NCBI RefSeq assembly: GCF_023169545.1
Contig: NZ_AP019769.1
Location: 60,001-92,000, forward strand
Origin: Nanobdella aerobiophila
GTDB taxonomy: Archaea; Nanobdellota; Nanobdellia; Nanobdellales; Nanobdellaceae
Length of the DNA stretch: 32,000 nt
Reading direction: 5' to 3'
Below the pieces are notes generated by a model. It was not told the DNA's origin, did no database searches, and saw nothing but the letters and a program-made list of their open reading frames with translations. The position numbers and the translations under genes were made by a program. How positions within the stretch are numbered: position 1 is the stretch's first letter; every line of letters begins with the position of its first letter. Below, piece after piece: positions 9,020-17,207 of this stretch.

Positions 9020-10150
9020 TATATTCATATAAGATATGAATGAATCATAAGGTGTAGCAAAGGCCTCTTCTCTAAAGTATTTGTGTACATCACCATCAGC
9101 ATTATATTTTAAACTCATATAATAAAAATTATCCGAGGTTGTTAAATATCTTAATACTTTCATTACTTCTTGATTATCTTTATTTTTTTCATATATCTCT
9201 TTTAGATATTCTATAGCCTCTTTCTGTATATTATCACCCATCCATGCTGATAAATCTCTTTCAATATCGGCCCATGATATTAAGTTTTCTATGCTTATTT
9301 CATCTTTGACTTCAAAGCTATTTGATGCTTCATTTATAGTATATGTTTCTATTTCTTTATTCTTACCTATGTATTCTAATAGTTTGTTCCAGAAATTAAA
9401 TATGCCTGTTTCTGGCCATATATGCTCTCCTATTGTTTCAAAGTCCATGAATATATTTATTATATCGCCTGGAGTTTTTTTAATCCACTCATAATACTTA
9501 TCTGCTGTTAATGGATATTCTTCCCAGTTTCTATTACCGAATCTAAATGCTATATCATCGGATAATTTATAATTCCTTAATAATAATCTAAGATTGTTAC
9601 CCTTTAATTTATATACATAATTTGGACTCTTCCAACCTAAAATACTATCTGCTCCTTCTGTTAATGCAGTTTCAAAACCAAGATTATATACTATATTTCC
9701 AATATCATTATTAAATACTAGTTCAAAGTTTCTGAAACTTCTACTATTATAATTAAATAATTCTTTTATTTTTTTCTTATGCATTTTTATTTGCTCTATA
9801 AACTCTTTTTTATCTATTAGATATGATATTGAATGGAAATAGGTTTCCGAAACAATTTCAACATTTCCCGTATCTACAAGTCTTTTCCATAATTCTAATA
9901 TTTCTGGGTGATATAGCTCTAATTGCTCTATTAATGTACCTGAAATTGAAAAAGAAAATTTTAAGTCATATTTTGTACAATTATTATATATCATTTCTAG
10001 AGCTGGTTTATAGGACTTATTTACTACCCTATCAAGTATTCTCTTGTTAATATTATCATTAAAATAATCTTTTGATCCTATATCAAAAAATGAATAATAT
10101 CTTGTTCTTCTAGGCTGGTGTGCATGAAAGTAGAATATTATTCCAGACAT
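8978..10150 (-). CDS. Glycoside hydrolase family 57 (alpha-amylase-like)
   Basis: N-terminal IIFYFHAHQPRR; VEIVSETYFHS; FNNDIGNIVYNLGFETALTEGAD; IFMDFETIGEH. Confidence 0.85.
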   Translation of the reverse strand: MSGIIFYFHAHQPRRTRYYSFFDIGSKDYFNDNINKRILDRVVNKSYKPALEMIYNNCTKYDLKFSFSISGTLIEQLELYHPEILELWKRLVDTGNVEIVSETYFHSISYLIDKKEFIEQIKMHKKKIKELFNYNSRSFRNFELVFNNDIGNIVYNLGFETALTEGADSILGWKSPNYVYKLKGNNLRLLLRNYKLSDDIAFRFGNRNWEEYPLTADKYYEWIKKTPGDIINIFMDFETIGEHIWPETGIFNFWNKLLEYIGKNKEIETYTINEASNSFEVKDEISIENLISWADIERDLSAWMGDNIQKEAIEYLKEIYEKNKDNQEVMKVLRYLTTSDNFYYMSLKYNADGDVHKYFREEAFATPYDSFISYMNILRSIDIDNFIKNR

Positions 10151-10186
10151 AAATATTTTTTAAATTATAAATAATATAAATCTTTT

Positions 10187-10501
10187 ATGATAAAAATAGA
10201 AAGAGAAAATGAATCTTTTACTACTTTAGATGGACAAAAATTATATGGTATTCAAGATTTAATAATATGGTTATATAACTGCTCAGATTATGATTTTAAA
10301 TATCATAATGATAGAAAAGATTTTTACAATTGGATCTATTACTCTTTAAATGAGAGAGATTTGGCAGAAAAAATAATAAATATAAATAATAAAATTGATT
10401 TAATAAAAATTCTAGATGACTTTATGAAGAGCTTAGAAATATATAATAAAAAGAAGATATCGGATGAAGAAGCTGAAGTAGAGTTTATAAAATATATATA
10501 A
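10187..10501 (+). CDS. DUF5752-like small protein
   Basis: FTTLDGQKLYGIQDLIIWLYNCSDYDFKYHNDRKDFYNWIYYSLNERDLAEKI resembles the DUF5752 pattern (DG..l..l.DL...F.yH....DF.nWI....LA). Confidence 0.55.
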   Translation: MIKIERENESFTTLDGQKLYGIQDLIIWLYNCSDYDFKYHNDRKDFYNWIYYSLNERDLAEKIININNKIDLIKILDDFMKSLEIYNKKKISDEEAEVEFIKYI

Positions 10502-11166
10502 TGATAATATCTTTTATATCATTAAAAGGCGGTGTAGGAAAAACTACATTATCAATAAATTTAGGGGCATATCTAAAGAAATTTTACAATTACAAGGTTC
10601 TATTAATTGATACAAATGGAAAATATTCCCAAAATCTATTTTATCTAAAAGAAAATAATTTCTATGGAAATAGATTATGGAATGATATTAAAATTACTCC
10701 ATTTTATCATCTAAAAATAATCGATAGATTACCAGAAACTTATATAAATGATATAAATTATTTAAAGAGGGTATATGATATTATAATATTTGATGTATTT
10801 CCAAATCCAGAATTAATAATAGATATATCTAGAATATCCGATATTATATTTCTAGTAATAAATCCAGATTTTTATTCTTTATATGTTAATAGGAAATTAT
10901 ATAATTATCTAGAAAAAGATAAGGTTAAGATAGTTGTAAATAAATATGACAAATCTTTAGATCTAGATTTTATATCTGAAGTATTTGAAAAGGATGTATA
11001 CTGTGCCATTCCAATGAACAAAGATTTATCTATATTTCAGTATAAATATGCGCCTATATCATTTTATAATGAAAAATCAAAGGCATTAAATTATATAGAT
11101 CAACTATCATATTTAGTTACTGGTAAAAGGATCAAGAAAGGTATATTTAGTAAGATTTTTGGATGA
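10501..11166 (+). CDS. MinD/ParA-family ATPase with MinD-like C-terminal amphipathic tail
   Basis: Deviant Walker A ISLKGGVGKTTLSINLG; VLLIDTNG; DIIIFDVFPNP; C-terminus GKRIKKGIFSKIFG. Confidence 0.8.
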   Translation: MIISFISLKGGVGKTTLSINLGAYLKKFYNYKVLLIDTNGKYSQNLFYLKENNFYGNRLWNDIKITPFYHLKIIDRLPETYINDINYLKRVYDIIIFDVFPNPELIIDISRISDIIFLVINPDFYSLYVNRKLYNYLEKDKVKIVVNKYDKSLDLDFISEVFEKDVYCAIPMNKDLSIFQYKYAPISFYNEKSKALNYIDQLSYLVTGKRIKKGIFSKIFG

Positions 11167-12779
11167 TACTATTTGAAGAATCTTGGGAGGTATGTAATAA
11201 GGTTGGTGGTATATATACAGTAATAAGTTCGAAAGCTAAATATATAAAGGACGCATTAAATAATAATTATTTTTTGATAGGCCCTTATAAGGATAATAAT
11301 GATTTTATAGAATTAGAACCATTAAATTATATAAAGGAAATAAATAGTTCAATAGATAATATAAAAGTTCATTATGGTTATTGGGATATAGATTCAAAAC
11401 CCTATGTATTTTTAATAGAGTTTGATGATTTTTTAAAAAAAGAAAAAGACCTATGGAAATATAAATTCTGGGAATGGTATAAAATAGACTCTTTAAATTC
11501 GGATTTTACATTTGATGAACCTTTATTATGGTCAATATCAGTAGGTATATTTCTAGAAAAATTACAAAATTATATAAAAGATAAAAAAATATTACATGCG
11601 CATGAATGGTTATCAGGAGGAACAATATTATATATTAAAAAAAAGAATTTGAATTACAAGACTGTATTTACTATACATGGTACTGTAGTTGGACGGTCTA
11701 TATCCGAAAAGAATATAGATGTAATAAAATCTCTAGATTATATTAATGCAGATCAGGATTCATATAGGCTGGGAGTGAATTCTAAGCATCAAATAGAAAA
11801 AAATACAATATTAAATTCCGATATCTTTACTACAGTTTCAGATAATTTAAAATATGAATCATTAAAATTATTTGGCAGAAATCCGGATTATATAACATAT
11901 AATTATATAGATATAAAAGATAAAGATATTATCAAGAATTATAATATAGGGAAAAAATGGATGGATGAATTTTTAACATGGTATTTTTATCCTTATTATG
12001 ATTTGCGTGATGATTATTTATTATTCTATACTATAGGAAGATATGAAATATATAATAAAGGTATAGATCTATATATAGATTTATTAAAATACTTTAATGA
12101 TAAAAATCTAGATATAATATCATTTATATTTGTCCCTTATACAGTAGAAAATATATCTGAAGAAATACTAAAAAATTACAGAAAATATAATGAACTAAAG
12201 AAATATATAGAGGATAATGAATATAATATCATAAGAGGTCTTTATAATAATCAATATTTTTTAAATCCACTAGAAAGGAAAAATAAAAATCCGGAAATAT
12301 GTACTCATAAGACGTCAGAAAATACAATAATTAATCTATTAAAGGAGAATAATCTGTTAAATTCTAAAGAAAACTCTGTAAAAGTCATATATGCACCAAT
12401 ATATTTAGGAAATGATATATTATTTAATATAGAGCAAGAATATTTATTATCGATTTTTGATTTTGGTTTCTTTTTATCCAGATATGAACCATATGGGTAT
12501 ACACCCCTTGAAGCATTAAATAATTATAATCCAATAGTTATCTCAAATAGAACTGGATTTTATAAAACCCTAGAATCTAAAAATATAAAAAATGATTTTA
12601 TAATAAGCATAGATCCATATAATATAGATAAAGAATATTTATATAATAAAATTATAGAATATAAAAATTTAGATAATTACTCTAAATTGAATGTAAAAAA
12701 TCAAATGTATAATATATCTAGACTATTTAGTTGGAAAAATAATATAAATGAATATTTAAATATATATAATAATCTTTAA
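11163..12779 (+). CDS. Glycogen synthase, GT3-like (eukaryotic/archaeal GYS type)
   Basis: FEESWEVCNKVGGIYTVISSKAKYI; LHAHEWLSGGTILYIKKK; FTIHGTVVGR; FFLSRYEPYGYTPLEALNNYNPIVISNRTGF. Confidence 0.85.
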   Translation: MILFEESWEVCNKVGGIYTVISSKAKYIKDALNNNYFLIGPYKDNNDFIELEPLNYIKEINSSIDNIKVHYGYWDIDSKPYVFLIEFDDFLKKEKDLWKYKFWEWYKIDSLNSDFTFDEPLLWSISVGIFLEKLQNYIKDKKILHAHEWLSGGTILYIKKKNLNYKTVFTIHGTVVGRSISEKNIDVIKSLDYINADQDSYRLGVNSKHQIEKNTILNSDIFTTVSDNLKYESLKLFGRNPDYITYNYIDIKDKDIIKNYNIGKKWMDEFLTWYFYPYYDLRDDYLLFYTIGRYEIYNKGIDLYIDLLKYFNDKNLDIISFIFVPYTVENISEEILKNYRKYNELKKYIEDNEYNIIRGLYNNQYFLNPLERKNKNPEICTHKTSENTIINLLKENNLLNSKENSVKVIYAPIYLGNDILFNIEQEYLLSIFDFGFFLSRYEPYGYTPLEALNNYNPIVISNRTGFYKTLESKNIKNDFIISIDPYNIDKEYLYNKIIEYKNLDNYSKLNVKNQMYNISRLFSWKNNINEYLNIYNNL

Positions 12780-12804
12780 AAATTATAAGAATTTATAAAA
12801 ATAA

Positions 12805-13425
12805 ATGGGAAGTTTTGCATCTCTATTATTAGTTATAATGAATAATCTTGGTTTAAATTTAATATTTTTGTTTCTGTTTTATTTTGGTCTTTTTTATTTT
12901 ATAATATCTTATATACTTAGATTATTACAAAAAAATGATACATCTAAGATTAATATAAATCCAATAGCTATTATATTATCAATCTCTATATCCTACTTAT
13001 TAACGACATTTTCTGGATTTATAGGATTTACCCAATATTTTTTAGCATTTAATACATCTATACTACTTCTATTATTCTTTTTTATACTTATGGGTTCTTT
13101 AATCTCCGGAGGTGCATTAACTGATTCTTTATCTCAGATTGTAAAACTACAGGATCCTAAGCAGGTGCAATCTTCTAATGGTGGGAGGATTATCCTTATA
13201 ACTATTGTAGTATTTTTGATTGTTTTTGGGATATTATCTATGTATTTTGGATATCAAAATTATTTTTTATCATTATCTAGTTCTAATTCTTTACAAGCTC
13301 AGCAATTTTTATCTGTAGGAAATCCATATATCCTATTTTTACTATTTTTCTTTATAATTCTCGGTGTTGGTATAATTTTATTGGGTGCAGGAGGAGATTC
13401 GAAGCCAAAAGGACCAGCTAAATAG
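12805..13425 (+). CDS. Polytopic membrane protein of unknown function
   Basis: About five hydrophobic segments, no recognised motif. Confidence 0.6.
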   Translation: MGSFASLLLVIMNNLGLNLIFLFLFYFGLFYFIISYILRLLQKNDTSKININPIAIILSISISYLLTTFSGFIGFTQYFLAFNTSILLLLFFFILMGSLISGGALTDSLSQIVKLQDPKQVQSSNGGRIILITIVVFLIVFGILSMYFGYQNYFLSLSSSNSLQAQQFLSVGNPYILFLLFFFIILGVGIILLGAGGDSKPKGPAK

Positions 13426-13431
13426 TAATAG

Positions 13432-14121
13432 TTAGTTTTTTTGTTCTTCTATTATGCAGCTATCTCCGCATATCTTTCCTATATCCGAATAAAATTCAGA
13501 AACTAAACCTACTGGTATCTCTAATATAGCTTGATAATTTTCAGTCCAATTTTCTTTTATAACCTTATATTTATTTTTTATTATTCCAATAATTTTGAAT
13601 TTATCTGGATATACTGTTATTTTTATATTTTTATACTCTATTTTTAGTGGATATATCTTTTTTATTTCTTTTATAATATCATTGGCCTGCTTTTCTATAG
13701 GCGTATTTATGTCTATATTATATTTGACCATTTCAAATAATTGTTTTGCTCTTTCATATGTTAATGCCATATTATTTTTCGAATCATAGCCTATCCTCCT
13801 TATATATTCTATTATCTGTCTTTTTCTTTCTTCAATCAGTTCTTTTTTATATTCTGTTGGTAATGGTATCTCAGAATTATTTAAAATTTCCTCTGCAACT
13901 TTTAATATATCTGTAGTTCCAAAGACCTTTTTTAAAGATTCGGTAGATGCTCTTTCGCCCTTTTTAGAATCCTTGAATATTTCTTCTACAACTAATACTT
14001 CTTTTACATTTTTTATTTTACCTTGCTTAAAATCTATTCCTCTTTTTAAAAAAATTAATAATTCAAAATTATAACCTTCTTTTTTATACTTTATAGTTAT
14101 CTCTTGATCACTGTTCTTCAT
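13432..14121 (-). CDS. Ribosome maturation factor SBDS homolog
   Basis: EVLVVEEIFKDSKKGERASTESLKKVFGTTDILKVAEEILNNSEIPLPTEYKKELIEERKRQIIEYI; downstream of psmA as in many archaea. Confidence 0.9.
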   Translation of the reverse strand: MKNSDQEITIKYKKEGYNFELLIFLKRGIDFKQGKIKNVKEVLVVEEIFKDSKKGERASTESLKKVFGTTDILKVAEEILNNSEIPLPTEYKKELIEERKRQIIEYIRRIGYDSKNNMALTYERAKQLFEMVKYNIDINTPIEKQANDIIKEIKKIYPLKIEYKNIKITVYPDKFKIIGIIKNKYKVIKENWTENYQAILEIPVGLVSEFYSDIGKICGDSCIIEEQKN

Positions 14122-14827
14122 ATATCTTTTTTACTTCATGATTTTCTAATATTCTTATCTTTTCTCCAGACTTCGCATATCCTACTATTATCCTTTCAAA
14201 AGAGAAATTATTTTTTAAATAGTCCTTTAAGATGGATATTCCGAATTTTATTGCTTCTTCTATACTCATATCTTTGTATTTTTCTTCTAATACCTTCATT
14301 ATAGAATCTTCACCTTCTCCTATAGCTATAGCATTATATCTATAAAAAATTCCGGATGGATCTAGTGCATATATCTTTGGTTCTGAATTTTTGTCTATTC
14401 CTCCTATTATTAATGATATACCTAGAGGTCTAACACCTCCATATCTTGTATAAGATTGCATTACATCGCTTAGATCTCTTACTAATAATTCTATATCCAT
14501 CTGTTTATTATATTGTAATCTATGATTTTGTGCGATTTCTCTAGCATAATCTATTAGTACTCTTCCATCTGGTATGAATCCAGAAAATGTACCAATTATG
14601 TTTTCATCTATTTCTAATATTTTTTCTATAGAATTTGATATTACCAACTTGCTAGGTATTTTTTTATCTGCTACTATAACTACTCCATCATTTGCTACGA
14701 TCCCTATTGCTGTTGAACCTGATTTTGCGGCTTGTTTAGCATACTCTACTTGTACTAATTTTCCTTCTGGTGAGAATATCATCCATCCTCTTTCCATACC
14801 ACCTTGTTGTGTGTATTCATTATCCAT
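14108..14827 (-). CDS. psmA: Proteasome subunit alpha
   Basis: IFSPEGKLVQVEYAKQAAKSGSTAIGIVANDGVVIVADKK; GVRPLGISLIIGG. Confidence 0.95.
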   Translation of the reverse strand: MDNEYTQQGGMERGWMIFSPEGKLVQVEYAKQAAKSGSTAIGIVANDGVVIVADKKIPSKLVISNSIEKILEIDENIIGTFSGFIPDGRVLIDYAREIAQNHRLQYNKQMDIELLVRDLSDVMQSYTRYGGVRPLGISLIIGGIDKNSEPKIYALDPSGIFYRYNAIAIGEGEDSIMKVLEEKYKDMSIEEAIKFGISILKDYLKNNFSFERIIVGYAKSGEKIRILENHEVKKIYEEQ

Positions 14828-14838
14828 ATGAATACGAT

Positions 14839-15117
14839 TTAGAATATATTTAAAAAGTCTTTTGATTGTTTTAAAGTATTAAAAACTTTTATTATTTTTT
14901 TATTCTGTAGATATAATATAAATATTACCTTATATATATCTTTTCTATTTACTATGATTATATAGAAATCATTATATGTTATATAATCAAAATTTAGTTT
15001 ATAATAATCTATATAACCAAAAAAATTTATATAGTCCTTCTTGAACCTTTTTATATCTACATTATTTAATATTATATATCTTCTTTTTATCTTTAATACC
15101 CTTGGTAATACTACCAC
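14839..15117 (-). CDS. Divergent Pop5-like RNase P protein component (Rnp2) candidate
   Basis: N-terminus LPRVLKIKRRYIILN resembles Pop5 LPPTLREKKRYIAF; YINFFGYIDYYKLNFDYITYNDFYIIIVNRKDIYKVIFILYL follows the Pop5 pattern; sits directly upstream of psmA-SBDS, a known archaeal synteny. Confidence 0.55.
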   Translation of the reverse strand: MVVLPRVLKIKRRYIILNNVDIKRFKKDYINFFGYIDYYKLNFDYITYNDFYIIIVNRKDIYKVIFILYLQNKKIIKVFNTLKQSKDFLNIF

Positions 15118-16037
15118 TCTTCTACACTATTTAATTTCGCTTCAATATCCTTTAGTTTTAGTTTTTCAAGCATTTCTTTATATCTATTTCTTATTGTAAC
15201 TTCAGTAATCCCTGCCACTTCTGCTATATCCTTTTGAGTTTTTTGTATACCATGTTTTACACATGCTAAATATATTGCTGCAGCCGCTACACCAGCAGGA
15301 CCTCTACCTGCAGTTATATCCGCCTCCTTCGCCTTTTCTACTATTTCTACAGAGGTAGTTATTACTTCAGGTGGAAGATTTAATAATGAAGAGAATCTAT
15401 GTACGTACTCTGTAACTTCAATTGGCGTTATTTTTATCTTTAGAGCTTGTAATAGATGTTTATATGTCCTACCAAGTTCTTTTTTATGTATATTTGAAGC
15501 TTTTATTATTTCATCTATTGTTCTAGCTACATCATGTATTCTACATGCAATATATACGCAAGATGCTACTACGTTTTCAACAGATCTACCTCTAATTAGA
15601 CCCTTTTCCACTGCTTCTAGATATAATTTCAACGCAGTTTCTTCTACTTGTTTTGGTAATTGTAGGAAAGATGATATTCTTTTTAATTCCTGTTGGGCTA
15701 GCTTTAGATTTCTTTCATATGAACTTGTAGACCTTTGTTGCCATTTTTTTAATTTCCTTGTTAATGAGTAATCTTCTTCTCCTGATTCTACCCTACCAAT
15801 TTCAGTAGATAAAGAACTTGCCATATTCGAAAATTTGATTGCGCTACCTGTTCTTGACCTTCTTTCAACATCCTCATTGTTTATTGTTCTATATTCTTTT
15901 CCTAGATATGGCACTTCTTCCATTACATATCCACATTTTGTACAGATCAGCTCAGCAGTTTTTTCATTATATACGAATTCTGTACCACCGCATACAGGAC
16001 ATTTTAACTCCTCTTTTTTTATAAGTTTTTGGACCAT
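15111..16037 (-). CDS. tfb: Transcription initiation factor IIB
   Basis: Zn ribbon CPVCGG..CTKCGY; B-finger RSRTGSAI; two cyclin repeats ending AGVTEVTIRNRYKEMLEKL. Confidence 0.95.
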   Translation of the reverse strand: MVQKLIKKEELKCPVCGGTEFVYNEKTAELICTKCGYVMEEVPYLGKEYRTINNEDVERRSRTGSAIKFSNMASSLSTEIGRVESGEEDYSLTRKLKKWQQRSTSSYERNLKLAQQELKRISSFLQLPKQVEETALKLYLEAVEKGLIRGRSVENVVASCVYIACRIHDVARTIDEIIKASNIHKKELGRTYKHLLQALKIKITPIEVTEYVHRFSSLLNLPPEVITTSVEIVEKAKEADITAGRGPAGVAAAAIYLACVKHGIQKTQKDIAEVAGITEVTIRNRYKEMLEKLKLKDIEAKLNSVEEW

Positions 16038-16187
16038 TATAAATTTTTAAATATTATCTTTATAAATTTAATCTTTTAAATGTTACTACTAAAACTAGTC
16101 ACTTTTAAGGAAATAATTGTTTAAAATAATATATAAAGTAGAACCTTTTATACCTAAAATATTTATAATAAAAGAAAGGCATATCTT

Positions 16188-17156
16188 TTATTTTGCTAGT
16201 GAATCAAAATTTTTTCTTATCCATATTATAAAGAATATTGCCGATATAAATACCATAATTTCTATAGGGTTGAATATCAGTGAGAATATGGGTAATAATG
16301 CTAATATGGATATGGATGAAAGATAAAAGGGTGTCTGACTCAGTATTAAAATATCTCCTATAAATTTGTTTGAGTATGAATATCCAGATCTTACGGAAAT
16401 AAATGGTGATAATATTATACCTAGTGGTATTATAGATAGGTATGTAAAAAATAGTAAAAAGTAGAAGAAATATGTGGTAAATCCGTATATTATGGGACTT
16501 ATAGATGCTAGATACTTAATTATAGAAAATATTAGCCATATAATAGTCATAGATATTAAAAATATTCTTATTAACTCATTATTAGATACTTCTAGATTTT
16601 TGTTTCTACCGATCCTTTTATATTCTATTACTATTGGTTTCATTGAAAATATTATCGGAACTAGAAAACCTAAAGAAATTATAGATATTACTATTGATAT
16701 AATATAGCTTAAATTTAATCTCCTAATAATTGTAATATTCAATCCCTTATCTTTATTTAGGAAATTCTTTAAAGATATATAATAGAAAAATGTGATAAAT
16801 ATTAGAAATATTAATAATAAAAATAGGTTATTTCTAAATATAAAAGATAAAAATATTATTATTAATGCGTATATAATTATAAACATGTATATCTGGCGGA
16901 ATTTCATTGATCTGGTTGAGAATAACATCTTTAGTTCTGCTATAACCAAATCTAGAGATATATATAAACCATACCAAGATGCTACAAGATTAAATATAAT
17001 TAATATAATGAAATATGATAATATAATATAAAATATAGAAAATACTAAATTTGTTATTCCTATAAGTACAGTATCCCATTTATTGAAAGATAAGAAAAAA
17101 GCAACTATTACAAGGTAGTAAAACACATTTTTATTAATTTTTATATATTCAAACAT
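16188..17156 (-). CDS. Polytopic membrane protein of unknown function
   Basis: Many hydrophobic segments over 322 aa; no motif recognised. Confidence 0.6.
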   Translation of the reverse strand: MFEYIKINKNVFYYLVIVAFFLSFNKWDTVLIGITNLVFSIFYIILSYFIILIIFNLVASWYGLYISLDLVIAELKMLFSTRSMKFRQIYMFIIIYALIIIFLSFIFRNNLFLLLIFLIFITFFYYISLKNFLNKDKGLNITIIRRLNLSYIISIVISIISLGFLVPIIFSMKPIVIEYKRIGRNKNLEVSNNELIRIFLISMTIIWLIFSIIKYLASISPIIYGFTTYFFYFLLFFTYLSIIPLGIILSPFISVRSGYSYSNKFIGDILILSQTPFYLSSISILALLPIFSLIFNPIEIMVFISAIFFIIWIRKNFDSLAK

Positions 17157-17207
17157 TCTTTAATATTATATATCTATATTTTTATTTTTTCCTATTAAGA
17201 TAATATC

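Noticed and set aside
9291-10050. Plus-strand ORFs inside the GH57 gene
   Set aside because: Antisense shadows of a gene with clear family motifs.
14574-16050. Plus-strand ORFs 14574-14831, 15835-16050, 15839-16024
   Set aside because: Antisense to psmA and tfb; no supporting signatures.
16117-17031. Plus-strand ORFs 16117-16326, 16474-16707, 16792-17031
   Set aside because: Mostly antisense to the longer polytopic membrane ORF 16188-17156; weak support.
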